From NCBI GenBank assembly GCA_964355645.1, contig CAYHDI010000003.1:887-64886 (forward strand): a stretch of DNA of 64,000 nucleotides, given 5' to 3'. The notes under the pieces were generated by a model that was given only the letters and a program-made list of their open reading frames with translations, was not told the DNA's origin and did no database searches. The position numbers and the translations under genes are program-made. Below are positions 9,567 to 18,550 of the stretch, in pieces. The number at the start of each line of letters is the position of its first letter. Positions within the stretch are counted from its first letter, which is position 1. Source of the DNA: an uncultured Candidatus Saccharibacteria bacterium (lineage in GTDB: Bacteria > Patescibacteriota > Minisyncoccia > Phycocordibacterales > Zambryskibacteraceae).

Positions 9567-11254
9567 ATCTGAAAGAAGAAATACAGAAATTTTTTAAGGG
9601 GGAAGTGTTGGATGATGAAGAAACATTGAAGACTTATAGTCATGATGCGTCGCTTTTTGAAGTCAGACCCAAGCTCGTGGTGTATCCACAAGATTCAGAA
9701 GATTTAAAAAAATTAGTGAAATGGGTAAACGATAATACTACGATATATCGTAGTAACAATGAACCACTTTCTATTACTATTCGGGCGGCAGGTTCGTGCA
9801 TGGCTGGTGGGCCACTCGGTGAATCAATTATTGTAGATGTGATGAGGCACATGAATCGTATGGGCGAGGTAACCACCGCCTCTGGCGGGGTCCCGCCTTC
9901 GGCGGTGATCGAACCCGGGGTGTTTTATAGAGATTTTGAACCGAAAACTCTCGAAAAAAGCCTTATTTTGCCCTGTTTTACGGCTTCCAAGAATATGAAC
10001 GCCTTGGGTGGAATGATTGGTAATAATTGTGCAGGAGAAAAAACGCTTCGTTACGGCAAGATGGAGAACTTTATTTTAGAATCAAAAGTGATTTTTTCTG
10101 ATGGGAATGAATACATAGTGAAACCACTGCTTAAACCAGAACTTGATTTTAAAATGAAGCAAAGTGATTTCGAAGGGAATTTATACAAAAATTTATTCGA
10201 GTTAATAGAGAATAATAAAAGAATAATAAAGGAAGCCAAGCCAAATGTTTCCAAAAACTCTGCTGGATATTATTTGTGGAATATTTGGGATGGCAAGACT
10301 TTCGACTTGAACAAACTTATTGTTGGTTCACAAGGTACACTCGGTTTAGTCACAGAAGCAAAGGTGAAGCTTGTGTCTGTGGAACCGGTTTCGAAGTTGT
10401 TTGTAATTTTTCTTCCCGACCTAACTCATATTGCAAAATTAGTGAATGAAATCCTTCCAATGAATCCTGATTCATTGGAAACTTATGATGATGCGACCAT
10501 GAAACTCGCCTTCAGGTTTTTCCCCGAAATGCTGAAATCGATGAAAGCTAAAAGTTTTTTCAAACTTATACTTTCATTTATCCCAGAAGCATTGATGATA
10601 ATTAAACAATTCGGAATTCCGAAAATGTTTGTGCTCGTGGAGTTTGCTGGTCAAACCGAAGCCGAAGTAGATGAGAAATTAGTTAATCTCGAGAACAAGA
10701 TTAAACATTTCGGCTTCGTGATGAGACGAACAAAATCTGAAGAAGAATCGAAGAAGTATTGGACGATTCGTCGAGAGAGTTTTAATCTCTTGCGCAAACA
10801 TGTTCGGGGCAAACGCACAGCCCCCTTTGTGGACGATGTCGTGGTTAGACCGGAATTCATGTCCGAGTTCTTGCCCAAGATGAAAAAAATCTTAGATGAA
10901 TACAAATTGGTTTATACCATCGCGGGTCATGCAGGCAATGGAAATTTTCATATTATTCCTCTTATGGATATGCACGACAAGAGAAATATTAAAGTCATTA
11001 AAGAAGTGGGAAAGAAAATTTATGATTTGGTAAAAGAGTATAAAGGTTCAATCACGGGTGAACACAATGATGGAATAGTTCGTACGCCGTATCTCGGCAA
11101 AATGTATTCTCAGGAAATTCTTGAACTTTTCAAAAAAACCAAAGAAATCTTCGACCCTCAAAATATCTTCAACCCAGGCAAGAAAGTTCCTTCGACAGGC
11201 TCAGGACAAGAGGGAACTATAGAATACCTTGAAAATCACATTGCTATCGAGTAG
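9563..11254 (+). CDS. FAD-binding oxidoreductase (D-lactate dehydrogenase/GlcD-like)
   Basis: YSHDAS, GGMIGNN, GSQGTLG, GHAGNGNFH, GEHNDG, FDPQNIFNPGK. Confidence 0.9.
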   Translation: MNLKEEIQKFFKGEVLDDEETLKTYSHDASLFEVRPKLVVYPQDSEDLKKLVKWVNDNTTIYRSNNEPLSITIRAAGSCMAGGPLGESIIVDVMRHMNRMGEVTTASGGVPPSAVIEPGVFYRDFEPKTLEKSLILPCFTASKNMNALGGMIGNNCAGEKTLRYGKMENFILESKVIFSDGNEYIVKPLLKPELDFKMKQSDFEGNLYKNLFELIENNKRIIKEAKPNVSKNSAGYYLWNIWDGKTFDLNKLIVGSQGTLGLVTEAKVKLVSVEPVSKLFVIFLPDLTHIAKLVNEILPMNPDSLETYDDATMKLAFRFFPEMLKSMKAKSFFKLILSFIPEALMIIKQFGIPKMFVLVEFAGQTEAEVDEKLVNLENKIKHFGFVMRRTKSEEESKKYWTIRRESFNLLRKHVRGKRTAPFVDDVVVRPEFMSEFLPKMKKILDEYKLVYTIAGHAGNGNFHIIPLMDMHDKRNIKVIKEVGKKIYDLVKEYKGSITGEHNDGIVRTPYLGKMYSQEILELFKKTKEIFDPQNIFNPGKKVPSTGSGQEGTIEYLENHIAIE

Positions 11255-11263
11255 AATAGGCTA

Positions 11264-11950
11264 ATGATTACTTTAAAGGCTAAATTGCGCGACCAAAGCG
11301 TCACTCCAGATTCGATTAGACAGGCGGGGGACATCCCAGCCGTCTTTTATGGCAAAAAGGAACCCTCTACGCCTATTTCTCTAAATATAGTTGATTTCCT
11401 GAAGGTTTGGAAACAAGCCGGAGAATCGAGCGTGGTAACCCTCGAAACCCCAGATGGAGAGAAGGAAAGTCTTATCCATGATATTGATTTTGACCCAGTG
11501 AAGGGTACTCCTCGACATGCAGATTTCTATGTTTTCGAGAAGGGTCACAAAGTCGAAGTCGAAGTCCCCCTCGAATTTGACGGTGTTTCTCCGGCAGTAA
11601 AGGATCTCGGTGGTACGCTTGTCAAAGTTGTTCATGCTCTCAAAATTGAAGCCATGCCGAAAGATCTTCCCCATGATTTGAAGATTGATGTCACCGGCCT
11701 CATTGATTTCACGAGCCAAGTTTTGGCTAAAGATATTGTTTTACCAACAGGAGTTACCTTGCTTGAAAATCCTGAGGAAGTAGTGGCCCTTGTTTCTGCT
11801 CCACGAGAAGAAAAAGAAGAAGAGGTCGCTCCTGTTGACCTCTCTGCTATTGAAGTTGAAAAGAAGGGCAAGGACCCCGCCGACGCTGAAGCTGTGGCGG
11901 GCGAAGGAAACGTCCAGACAGCAGAAAAAGAAGGAAAGAAAGCAGAATAA
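11264..11950 (+). CDS. rplY: 50S ribosomal protein L25/Ctc
   Basis: IPAVFYG and HADFY motifs, long form with acidic tail. Confidence 0.93.
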   Translation: MITLKAKLRDQSVTPDSIRQAGDIPAVFYGKKEPSTPISLNIVDFLKVWKQAGESSVVTLETPDGEKESLIHDIDFDPVKGTPRHADFYVFEKGHKVEVEVPLEFDGVSPAVKDLGGTLVKVVHALKIEAMPKDLPHDLKIDVTGLIDFTSQVLAKDIVLPTGVTLLENPEEVVALVSAPREEKEEEVAPVDLSAIEVEKKGKDPADAEAVAGEGNVQTAEKEGKKAE

Positions 11951-11971
11951 TCTTTGCCCAAGATTTTTCTT

Positions 11972-13387
11972 ATGTTTACTTCACGTTCATTTAGATTTTT
12001 TATAGTTTTCCTTACACTCTTGATTGGGTTTACTTTTTACTTTTTACTTTTTACTTTTAGAGTTTATGCCGACACAGACCCGTGTGACGCGTCTATCTCT
12101 GGTCAATCTAATGCTCAACTTCAAACTGCTTTAGCTGCTTGCGAGGCTTATATTGCTAATCTTAATGCTATAAAAAAAAGCATAGATCAAGAAAGTGCTT
12201 CCTATGCTCAGGAAGTAGCTTCACTTACAGCCAAGATTAATATTGCTCAAGCAAACATTAAAGCCAAAAATATTGCCATTGCTAATCTTGGCAAAGATAT
12301 TACGGCCAAGCAAACCACTATTAATCTTTTGGATAACAAAATAGAACGAGGCCGAGCTACGCTAGCCAATCTTTTGAGAGCCACAAATCAAATTGATATC
12401 TACACTCTCCCAGAAGCAATATTAAGCAACAAGGATTTCTCGGAATTTTTTGTAGATGTAGACGCTTATTCAGCCACTAGTCATGCGCTGGAAAATGTTT
12501 TTGCCGAATTGAGGGGAAACAAAATCCAAACTCAGGCTGAAAAGGATGCCTTGGCCAAAAAACAGGAAGCCGAGGCAAACGCTAAGGCGGCCATAGAAGC
12601 AGCAAAAGCTCAAGTAACAGTAACTCAAACACAGAAGAAGACTTTACTAACAGAAAGTCAAAATAAATCAAAAAGTTACTCTCAAACTATAGCTGATCGA
12701 CAAGCGAAAGCTAATCAAATCAGAGCGGCACTCTTTCAACTTCGGGATGCGGGTCCAATTCCATTCGGTACAGCTCTTCAATATGCTCAAACCGCGAGTG
12801 CGAAAACCGGAGTGAGAGTAGCATTTATTCTTGGAATCTTTGCCACAGAGTCAGGTAAGGGAGCAGATGGAACCTTTGGGGGAAATGTTGGTCAGTGTTT
12901 ACTAACCAATTCTCCAAACAAAGGCGATGGAAAGGGAAAGAATACAGGGACCTTTTTCTCTCAAGTGATGAAAGGTAGCAGAGATGTTGATCCATTTTTA
13001 GAAATTACTCAGAAACTTGGACTCGATTCGTTTAATCAACCAGTTTCGTGTCCCCAATATGGTGGCTATGGAGGAGGAATGGGGCCGGCTCAATTTATCG
13101 CTTCAACATGGAAGGGCATGGAAGCCACGATTCTAAGAGCAACAGGAAGAGCCACAGCCAATCCTTGGGACCCGGCTGATGCGTTCATGGCTTCAGCATT
13201 ATATCTTCGAGATCTCGGAGCCAACACACAGGATTGGACAAACGAACGAACTGCCGCCTGTCGATACAACTCTGGAAAAAACTGCTATGTGGGAGGGAAA
13301 GCTGGACCTGGACTTGGCTATGGTAATACAGTGATGAAAAGAGCGGCGGCTATTCAGCTGGATATAGATTTCTTGCAAGGAACATAA
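11972..13387 (+). CDS. Secreted coiled-coil protein with C-terminal lytic murein transglycosylase domain
   Basis: Signal/TM segment, long coiled coil, ATESG (putative catalytic Glu), MGPAQFIASTW, NPWDPADA, RYN. Confidence 0.8.
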   Translation: MFTSRSFRFFIVFLTLLIGFTFYFLLFTFRVYADTDPCDASISGQSNAQLQTALAACEAYIANLNAIKKSIDQESASYAQEVASLTAKINIAQANIKAKNIAIANLGKDITAKQTTINLLDNKIERGRATLANLLRATNQIDIYTLPEAILSNKDFSEFFVDVDAYSATSHALENVFAELRGNKIQTQAEKDALAKKQEAEANAKAAIEAAKAQVTVTQTQKKTLLTESQNKSKSYSQTIADRQAKANQIRAALFQLRDAGPIPFGTALQYAQTASAKTGVRVAFILGIFATESGKGADGTFGGNVGQCLLTNSPNKGDGKGKNTGTFFSQVMKGSRDVDPFLEITQKLGLDSFNQPVSCPQYGGYGGGMGPAQFIASTWKGMEATILRATGRATANPWDPADAFMASALYLRDLGANTQDWTNERTAACRYNSGKNCYVGGKAGPGLGYGNTVMKRAAAIQLDIDFLQGT

Positions 13388-13409
13388 TTCTCTGCTATTG
13401 TAAGCTTTC

Positions 13410-13673
13410 ATGAAAAAAGAAATACACCCAAAGGAATATCGTCCAGTGCTCTTCGTAGACAGCTCGAACGGAGTAGAATTTCTCATACCTTCGACTGTGG
13501 CTACGAAAGAGACGGGCAAAAGCAAACTCAACAAGAAAGAATATCCTGTCTACAACGTAGAAATTTCTTCAAGCTCGCATCCTTTTTATACAGGACAGGA
13601 CAAAGTCCTCGACACAGCCGGTCGTGTAGAAAGATTCAAACAACGACAGGCCAAGGCGAAAGCCAAGAAGTAA
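13410..13673 (+). CDS. rpmE2: 50S ribosomal protein L31 type B (Zn-free)
   Basis: [29 protein letters not shown]; no Cys. Confidence 0.95.
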   Translation: MKKEIHPKEYRPVLFVDSSNGVEFLIPSTVATKETGKSKLNKKEYPVYNVEISSSSHPFYTGQDKVLDTAGRVERFKQRQAKAKAKK

Positions 13674-14645
13674 GTGAATCCCGATTTATCAAAATACAAA
13701 AACAACCCAAAGACCGCATATCTCGCGGAAACTTTTTCGCGTTTACAAAAGGATGAAGATGAGCTTCGATTTATTTCATCTGAAGATTCTTCAATGAAGG
13801 CTCTAGCAGACGAGGAACTCAGGAATTTCGCTCGAGAAAAGGAAGCTCTTCTCAAACAAATGGATGAGATTTTGAAAGAAGAAGAAAAGGAAGAGGAATT
13901 CCCGAATGAAATTATTCTTGAAGTTCGGGCTGGTGCGGGTGGGGAAGAAGCCTCTCTCTTTGCAGAAGAATTGGCTCTGATGTATTCCAAGTATGCTCTA
14001 CTTCATGATTGGACAGTGGAGAAACTTTATTCATCCGACAGTTCTATGGGTGGCTATAAAGAAGCCTCTTTTGAAATTCATGGTAGAGATGTTTACAAAA
14101 AATTAAGATTTGAAACTGGTGTACATAGGGTACAGAGAGTGCCAGCCACAGAGAAAATGGGTCGAGTTCATACTTCTACTGCGACGGTCGCCATCTTGCC
14201 CCTAAGAAAGAAAACAAATATTGAGATTAAACCATCTGATATAGAGATAGAAACTTCTCGTTCCGGAGGAGCTGGAGGACAAAATGTGAACAAAGTAGAA
14301 ACGGCTGTAAGGATTATTCATAAACCTACTGGTATTGATGTTCGTTCAACTTCTCAAAGAAACCAATTAAAAAATCGGGAGATGGCCATGTCTATCCTTA
14401 TAGCCAAACTTCAAGCTAAACAAGACGAAGAAGAGGCATCTAAACATTCGGCGAACAGAAAGGGACAGATAGGCACAGCAGATAGATCAGAAAAGATACG
14501 TACTTATAATATTCTTCAGGATCGCATCACTGACCATCGTATTAAAGAATCTTGGCACAACATAGAGAAGATATTTCTTGGTTACATAGATCCGATTATT
14601 GAAGCTTTGCAAGAGGCTGAAGAGAAATCAGAAGAATTGCAATAA
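13674..14645 (+). CDS. prfA: Peptide chain release factor 1
   Basis: RVQRVPATE (PxT) and GAGGQNVNK; shortened N-domain; GTG start. Confidence 0.93.
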   Translation: MNPDLSKYKNNPKTAYLAETFSRLQKDEDELRFISSEDSSMKALADEELRNFAREKEALLKQMDEILKEEEKEEEFPNEIILEVRAGAGGEEASLFAEELALMYSKYALLHDWTVEKLYSSDSSMGGYKEASFEIHGRDVYKKLRFETGVHRVQRVPATEKMGRVHTSTATVAILPLRKKTNIEIKPSDIEIETSRSGGAGGQNVNKVETAVRIIHKPTGIDVRSTSQRNQLKNREMAMSILIAKLQAKQDEEEASKHSANRKGQIGTADRSEKIRTYNILQDRITDHRIKESWHNIEKIFLGYIDPIIEALQEAEEKSEELQ

Positions 14646-14659
14646 ACAAGGGTTTGGTG

Positions 14660-14693
14660 TATGATAATATCATATTAAATTATAATATAATTT
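14660..14693. promoter_or_regulatory. Two tandem palindromes over the TA promoter (putative antitoxin operators)
   Basis: TATGATA-A-TATCATA (14660-14674) and AAATTATA-A-TATAATTT (14677-14693), the latter containing TATAAT. Confidence 0.55.
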
Positions 14694-14694
14694 C

Positions 14695-14904
14695 ATGACC
14701 ACATTATCAATTCCAGTTTCAGGAGAGCTTCAAAAATTTATAGAGAGAATGGTGAAGGAGGGCAAGGGTGCCAATAAGGCAGATGTTGTTCGTCGTGCGC
14801 TCAATGCTTATTCAGAAAACGAGGCTGTTGAAGCAGTTTTGCGTGCTCAGGCAGAGCCAAATCTAAAGGGTGACCTTCGAACTCTGATGAAGAAATTCAA
14901 ATAG
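14695..14904 (+). CDS. Ribbon-helix-helix (ParD/CopG-like) antitoxin
   Basis: MTTLSIPV...NKADVVRRAL RHH pattern; directly upstream of a RelE-like gene. Confidence 0.75.
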   Translation: MTTLSIPVSGELQKFIERMVKEGKGANKADVVRRALNAYSENEAVEAVLRAQAEPNLKGDLRTLMKKFK

Positions 14905-14906
14905 GC

Positions 14907-15167
14907 ATGATTAAGATATTTTTCAGACCCACATTTGTTCGTCAAGTAAATAAACTCGATGAGGATTTGATCGAAGAAGTTCACGAGAAAATAGAATTTT
15001 TCAAACATAAAAAGAATCACGAAATGCTCAAGGTTCACAAACTGCATGGGAGGTTTTCTAACTGTCTTAGTTTTTCTGTAAATTACAAGGTTAGAATTGT
15101 TTTTGAATATTGTTCAGCAAATGAAGTTGCTTTTCTTGCCATAGGAGGTCATGACGTGTACAAATAA
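14907..15167 (+). CDS. RelE/YafQ-family mRNA interferase toxin
   Basis: HKLHG, SFSVNYKVRIVF, IGGHDVY; 86 aa. Confidence 0.85.
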   Translation: MIKIFFRPTFVRQVNKLDEDLIEEVHEKIEFFKHKKNHEMLKVHKLHGRFSNCLSFSVNYKVRIVFEYCSANEVAFLAIGGHDVYK

Positions 15168-15195
15168 AACCCCTTAATTCTGCTATAATTCCCCT

Positions 15196-17064
15196 ATGAA
15201 ATCCGAGAGCTTTCTCCCAGAGAAATATCCCAATATGGCTGGCACTAAACCAGTAGAGAGAGCGGTAGACAAATCCTTTAGACAAGGAGAACAAGGCCCA
15301 AGGGGTAAAGAAGACAGAATCGAAAGATATTTAAGTAGATTAGACCATATAGTCGAAGACGAAAGGGGTTGGGAATTACTTAAACACAAAATCATCAAGG
15401 AATTTTCTATTGATGCTGACGATGAAGAAACACTCACCAAAGTGGCTCATGGTCTATACGAATCAGAGAAGAGAATTGCTATAGAACAAGGTAGGGGGCG
15501 AGACATAGAACAATTGGGTAGTGATGAAGAAATCATCAACAAGTACAAAACCCTTGTTCATGAGAAACAAGATATCCAAGAGAAATCTCTAGCCACTTGG
15601 CTTGATTATCTAGAACAAAACGATGCCGAGTATCCCACTTGGTTTAGATATTTCGTAGTCCGTAACCTCGAGAAGATGGGTAGTATGGACAAAGAAAGAG
15701 GTGAATATACCAAACGTACTTCATACACCGTTGCTCCCTTCCCAGAACTTAACTCTGAAGCACTTGGTTTCGTGTATAGAGTCCTCACTCAAGGTATCGG
15801 CCATGAATTCGACGACGATGAATCACAAAAAGGCACTATCGAATCACTCATAAAGAAGAAAGACTTTTCTAAACTCTATACCTTCGCCCAAATAGAAACA
15901 GCTGGTCAACTCAACAAAGAATCCATCGAAGGTGAATGGGTGAAATATGACCAAGGTTCAGACCATCATATCCTTGAGCAAGCTCTGCGAGGCAAGGGCA
16001 CAGGTTGGTGTACAGCCGAAGGTTCTGCTTATGCTCATCTTCAAGGTGGAGATTTCTATGTCTATTATTCCAAAGGTCCAAATGGTGTATTCACTGAACC
16101 CAGAATCGCTATCCGTATGGACGGAGACAATCTAGGAGAAGTCCGAGGAGTAAATCAGAGACAAGAACTCGAACCCCAACTTATCAGTATTGCTGAAGAT
16201 AAATATCATTCTCTTCCGGGAGGAGAGAAATATGATAAGAAATCACAAGATATGAAAATGGTCACCAAACTCGTGAAGAAACAAGAAAAAGGTGAAAAGT
16301 TTACCAAAGACGACCTAATCTTTCTCTATGAACTCAATTCTCCTATAGAAGGTTTCGGTTACCAACGGGATCCTCGTATAGAGGAACTAAAAAGGGTGAG
16401 AAATCAAACGAGGGGAAAGCTTTCAGAAGATTTATGTATTATTTTTGAATGTACCCCAGACCAATTTGCATACAGTAAAGAAGGTTTAAACAAAAATACC
16501 AAAGTCTACATCGGAGAATGGACACCAGAAGTGCTCAAACTTATACCAGAATCATGTACCCACATCTACGAATACCAAGGGTTCCCAGACAAAAAAGTCT
16601 TTCTCAGAACTCTTGAAACTGACCCATCTATCCAATCACCCGAAGAGGCAGAGAAAGCTCTACTAAACAAGGGTTATCAGATTTCAGATTACGCTCGAGA
16701 TATTTTACAAAAAGTTGAATTCAGCCAAGAAAGCAAATCATATGAATTAGTCTCTTTTTCTGTCTCCCAACTTGGTTTTCCAAATGGTGCCACATTACAA
16801 GAGGTATATAAGAAAGCAGAAGAACTTGGTCTAGAACTCTGTCCAGCTGAGGTTGGGCCACAATTACGTTTGCAATATAAAGATCAACCAGAAGGAGAAT
16901 GGTTAAGGATTGCTATGAATCCTATTGCCGACTCGGGTGGCTTCCCGGACTTGTTCGACGTCCGTCGCGCGGGTGACGTGCTGTGGTTGCGCCGCGGCGA
17001 TGGTCGTCTCGACGACGGGTGGCGTGGCCGTCGCTTCGTTTTCCTCCGTCGCAAGTCTCTTTGA
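15196..17064 (+). CDS. DGR target protein (622 aa) with C-terminal variable region
   Basis: Last 47 codons match the downstream TR, differing almost only at TR adenines; central GTGWCTA..YVYYS..PRIAIRM..EVRG segment; LELCPAEVGPQLRLQY precedes the VR. Confidence 0.9.
   Translation: MKSESFLPEKYPNMAGTKPVERAVDKSFRQGEQGPRGKEDRIERYLSRLDHIVEDERGWELLKHKIIKEFSIDADDEETLTKVAHGLYESEKRIAIEQGRGRDIEQLGSDEEIINKYKTLVHEKQDIQEKSLATWLDYLEQNDAEYPTWFRYFVVRNLEKMGSMDKERGEYTKRTSYTVAPFPELNSEALGFVYRVLTQGIGHEFDDDESQKGTIESLIKKKDFSKLYTFAQIETAGQLNKESIEGEWVKYDQGSDHHILEQALRGKGTGWCTAEGSAYAHLQGGDFYVYYSKGPNGVFTEPRIAIRMDGDNLGEVRGVNQRQELEPQLISIAEDKYHSLPGGEKYDKKSQDMKMVTKLVKKQEKGEKFTKDDLIFLYELNSPIEGFGYQRDPRIEELKRVRNQTRGKLSEDLCIIFECTPDQFAYSKEGLNKNTKVYIGEWTPEVLKLIPESCTHIYEYQGFPDKKVFLRTLETDPSIQSPEEAEKALLNKGYQISDYARDILQKVEFSQESKSYELVSFSVSQLGFPNGATLQEVYKKAEELGLELCPAEVGPQLRLQYKDQPEGEWLRIAMNPIADSGGFPDLFDVRRAGDVLWLRRGDGRLDDGWRGRRFVFLRRKSL
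16921..17061 (+). repeat. DGR variable repeat (VR)
   Basis: Hand alignment to 17440-17583: 24 substitutions at TR adenines, 1 non-A mismatch, one 3-nt gap. Confidence 0.95.
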
Positions 17065-17127
17065 CCTTAGACCTTTTGCCCCTTTGGATTTTGAATTTTG
17101 CCCTTAGCCCCTTAGACACTTAGACCT

Positions 17128-17155
17128 TCGGCCACGACCTCCGTGTCGTGGCCGA
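17128..17155 (+). other. GC-rich hairpin downstream of VR (DGR homing hairpin and/or terminator)
   Basis: tcggccacgac-ctccgt-gtcgtggccga, 11-bp perfect stem followed by a T-run. Confidence 0.8.
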
Positions 17156-17185
17156 TTTTCTTTTTAGATTTTGCTACAATAATAG

Positions 17186-17620
17186 ATGGTAGTAGATGAA
17201 TATGCCGGCGGTCAAGGCTTCTGGCTACCAAACCCAGTATCCATGTATCGAGAATGTCTGCGATCAAGGTTTCAGACAGAGTGGTAGCATGGGGAACTTC
17301 AGTGAAAAAATGAAGGAACTTGGTGCAGTGTGCTAAGGTATTATGATACCGAAAACAGGCGGAACCTCCGCAGACAGCTTAGAAGTTAGCCAAAATGTTT
17401 CAGGCTCTCACGCTAGGCAGTGATATGGACGGCACTTTGCATATTACCGACTCGGATGGCAACCCGAACTTGTTCAACGTCAATCGCGACGATGACGAGC
17501 TGTGGTTGAACAACGACGATGGTCGTCTCGACAACAGGTGGAATGGCAACAATCGCTTCGTTTTCCTCCGTCGCAAATCTCTTCATTTCTCCTCAATTTC
17601 GGTTGAGGAGTTTTGTTTTA
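17186..17620 (+). ncRNA. Putative DGR template RNA (structured leader + TR + 3' hairpin)
   Basis: TGCTACAAT extended -10 at 17172-17180, several short helices, TR, then ctcctcaat-ttcg-gttgaggag plus T-run. Confidence 0.6.
17440..17583 (+). repeat. DGR template repeat (TR)
   Basis: Adenine-rich copy of VR with 10 AAC/AAT codons in the VR frame. Confidence 0.95.
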
Positions 17621-17745
17621 TTATTATGATTATTATTTACCAATACATCTAATTCACGCTATAAGCGAGATATTAACGTATGAGGTTTGTTCGGGGTGAA
17701 GAATTGCAATAAAATGGCTATTTTGCTACAATATCCCGACAATTT

Positions 17746-18501
17746 ATGACAGATAAAGCCATAATAAATGACCCAAAAATTAATGAACTCTTCAAGGCAG
17801 GGGCTCATTTTGGCTTTGTGAAAAGTCGTCGGCATCCTTCAGCTAAGGAATTCATCTTTGGGATAAAAAACAAAATAGAAATATTTGATTTAGAGAAAGT
17901 TAAGCTTGAACTTGAGAAAGCCTTGAAATTCATAGAAGACAAAGGTTCCGTCGCCTCTCCAATTCTCTTTGTTGGTGGCAAATCAGAAGCCCGAAAATCT
18001 GTAGAAAAGGCTGGCCGAGAACTTTCTATGCCCTTTGTTTCCGGACGATGGATTGGAGGGACGCTTACTAACTTTCCAGAAATCAAGAAGCGCATAAATA
18101 AACTCGAAGAACTTTTGAGTCAGAAAGAGAAAGGAGAATTAGGAAAATATACAAAAAAAGAACGTTTGCTAATTGACCGAGATATAGCCAAGCTCACTAT
18201 ATTTTTCAGTGGACTTTCTACCATGAAAGCACTTCCTAAGGTGGTAGTTGTTGTTGACCCAAAGAAAGAACATATCGTAGTTTCAGAAGCTAAGGCCATG
18301 AAAATTCCTGTGGTGGCCCTCGCCGGAAGCGATTGTGACTTGCACGCCATCGACTTTGCCATTCCGGCGAATGATTCTTCTCAAGCCAGCATCTCATTCA
18401 TTATTTCTGAAATAATTTCTGCTTATAAAAACGGTCTAGCTCGACAGAAACCCGTCGAACCCACCACCGAATCGGCGGGCAGGGAACCGAAAACTTTATA
18501 G
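17746..18501 (+). CDS. rpsB: 30S ribosomal protein S2
   Basis: AGAHFG, RWIGGTLTNF, IPANDSS. Confidence 0.97.
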   Translation: MTDKAIINDPKINELFKAGAHFGFVKSRRHPSAKEFIFGIKNKIEIFDLEKVKLELEKALKFIEDKGSVASPILFVGGKSEARKSVEKAGRELSMPFVSGRWIGGTLTNFPEIKKRINKLEELLSQKEKGELGKYTKKERLLIDRDIAKLTIFFSGLSTMKALPKVVVVVDPKKEHIVVSEAKAMKIPVVALAGSDCDLHAIDFAIPANDSSQASISFIISEIISAYKNGLARQKPVEPTTESAGREPKTL

Positions 18502-18550
18502 CTTTATTAGATTGAATTTTGTAGACTTTTTAACTTTATAAACTATTATT

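Noticed and set aside
17395-17652. 85-aa ORF similar to the DGR target C-terminus
   Set aside because: It is the TR read in the VR frame; a TR is naturally stop-free in that frame, so a separate gene is not supported.
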